DNA of 64,000 nucleotides from an uncultured Acidobacteriota bacterium (GTDB lineage Bacteria; Acidobacteriota; Thermoanaerobaculia; Gp7-AA8): NCBI GenBank assembly GCA_963822445.1, contig CAWGHO010000003.1, positions 32,001 to 96,000 of the forward strand, read 5' to 3'. Shown piece by piece: positions 62,623 to 64,000 of this stretch (position 1 is its first letter; each line of letters starts with the position of its first letter). The notes under the pieces were generated by a model. It saw only the letters and a program-made list of their open reading frames with translations, ran no database searches and was not told where the DNA came from. The position numbers and the translations under genes were made by a program.

Positions 62623-64000
62623 TTACTGGACGCGCGCGCGGCCTCCGGCCACGGCCGCCATGACGGCCTGACCTTCACCGTTGCGGAAATCGGGGTTGTC
62701 CATGACCAGGAAGGTCTCGCCGGTCAGTCCACCATGGACGCGAACGGCCAGAACCTGGCCGCCGCCGGCGAACGTCAGCGGCTTGCCGTTGCTGTTCTTG
62801 ACGCGGATCGTGCCGTTCGTCGCGTCGACGGTGACGACCGGCGGCGCGGCGGGATCGATCGCGAGAGCATTGCCCAACACGACCTCGGTCGCGGTCATCG
62901 CCCGCGGATCGAAACGGAACAACAGCTCCGACGCGACGAGACCTTCGAGGTCCATCCCGATGACGTTCCAGACCTTGCTCTCGCCGGGGCCGAGGCTCAG
63001 CGACGACGGCTGCGGGCCGATGCGCGGCGCGAGGCGAAGCGCGCCGGTGTCGGGTTCTGCATCGACCGAGGCCGCGGCCACCTTCAGCGTGGGAGATTCT
63101 TTTTCGAGCGACGCCTGAGGCTCGGGATTCGGATTCTGGTTCTCATTCTGGTTCTGATTCACGGGCGGGCGGCGGAACGGATCCGCCGGTCCCGTTCCAG
63201 CGGGCGGCTGCGGCGGGACAGGCGCCGGCGTCGCGGACTCGGGCTGGATGTAGTTGCCAGGCTCGCCATCCGGGGAAGGCTGCAGTCCGCGCGGATTCGG
63301 ATTGGCCTGCTGCACCGCGAACGGATCGCCGTTGGTGTTCTGGGACTCGATGCGCGGCGACACGCCACGGAAGGTGAGGTTGTTGCCCGTGCCGACCCAC
63401 ATCGGAGCCATGTCTTCCTCGGTGATGTCCGGGATGCGGATGATGTGCGGGGTCATGGTCAGCACGAGATCGGTGCGGCGGTCGTCGTGGCTGGTCTTGG
63501 TGAATGCGCGTCCGATGAAGGGGAGGTCGCCGAGGAAGGGGGTCTTCGTGCTGGAGCTGGACTTGTTCTGCTGAATGAGCCCGGCCAGGAAGTTCGTCTC
63601 GCCGTCCATCAGGCGGATCGTCGACTCGATGGTGCGCGTGCCGAACGTCGGCTGGTCCTGATTGGGGCCGACGCGCTCGCCGACGTTGGAGACTTCGACG
63701 GTGAGCTTGAGCGTGACCTCGCGGTTGTGGTGCACGCGCGGCTCCATGGCCACCTTGATGCCGACGTCCTGGTACTGATACGAGGTGTAAGGCGTGGCCA
63801 GGTTGTTCTGCCCCGGCTGGGTGCCGGTGACGCCCGGGTTGTAGCCGGCGATGGTGGTGACCGGAACGGGGATGCGCTGGCCGATGTGCAGCGTGGCCTT
63901 TTCACCCTCGGAGATGCGCAGCTCGGGATTCGCGAGCAGCTCGCTGTCGCCGAGAGTCTTGAGCAGGGAATAGGTCGCCGCGGGAATGGTGACGCTCATG
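62623..64000 (-). CDS. Secretin (GspD/PilQ type) with C-terminal cohesin-like domain; N-terminus beyond the window
   Basis: LLANPELR, IGQRIP, YQYQDVGIK, TPFLGDLPFIGRAF, MTPHIIR. Confidence 0.9.
   Translation of the reverse strand, partial: MSVTIPAATYSLLKTLGDSELLANPELRISEGEKATLHIGQRIPVPVTTIAGYNPGVTGTQPGQNNLATPYTSYQYQDVGIKVAMEPRVHHNREVTLKLTVEVSNVGERVGPNQDQPTFGTRTIESTIRLMDGETNFLAGLIQQNKSSSSTKTPFLGDLPFIGRAFTKTSHDDRRTDLVLTMTPHIIRIPDITEEDMAPMWVGTGNNLTFRGVSPRIESQNTNGDPFAVQQANPNPRGLQPSPDGEPGNYIQPESATPAPVPPQPPAGTGPADPFRRPPVNQNQNENQNPNPEPQASLEKESPTLKVAAASVDAEPDTGALRLAPRIGPQPSSLSLGPGESKVWNVIGMDLEGLVASELLFRFDPRAMTATEVVLGNALAIDPAAPPVVTVDATNGTIRVKNSNGKPLTFAGGGQVLAVRVHGGLTGETFLVMDNPDFRNGEGQAVMAAVAGGRARVQ

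Noticed and set aside
61017-64000. T2SS-like cluster as the export route for the toxin-like proteins
   Set aside because: It is about 18 kb away, and T2SS substrates need Sec/Tat signals, which the three proteins lack. No sequence evidence links them.

Overview
High-GC (about two-thirds G+C, by eye) bacterial chromosomal segment with about 55 tightly packed CDSs. Gene content and the T2SS-like secretin/pseudopilin cluster suggest an Acidobacteriota (Thermoanaerobaculia-like) genome; this is an inference. Most genes are housekeeping or metabolic: GltD-like oxidoreductase, TetR/FadR, fused 2-oxoacid dehydrogenase E1, TonB-dependent receptor, DEAD helicase, 5'-nucleotidase, Ddl-like ligase, SSS transporter with PIG-L protein, HrpB, MgtE, TsaC, RecN, L,D-transpeptidase, M16 peptidase. 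I found no rRNA, tRNA, CRISPR array or transposase. The standout is a compact three-gene operon (39536-42692) whose paralogous products look like an Hbl/Nhe/Ahl/Smh-type (ClyA-family) tripartite alpha-pore-forming toxin without signal peptides, next to a divergent receiver/pseudo-receiver pair. Other signals: (1) several families of palindromic elements, some inserted in frame inside proteins or forming protein termini; (2) a 12-bp-phased cluster of DnaA-box-like 9-mers; (3) a secreted Pro-rich monoheme CxxCH protein; (4) many -10 hexamers sitting 6-11 nt upstream of start codons. Five genes carry indels that most likely reflect long-read assembly errors. All family calls come from motif recognition, not database searches.
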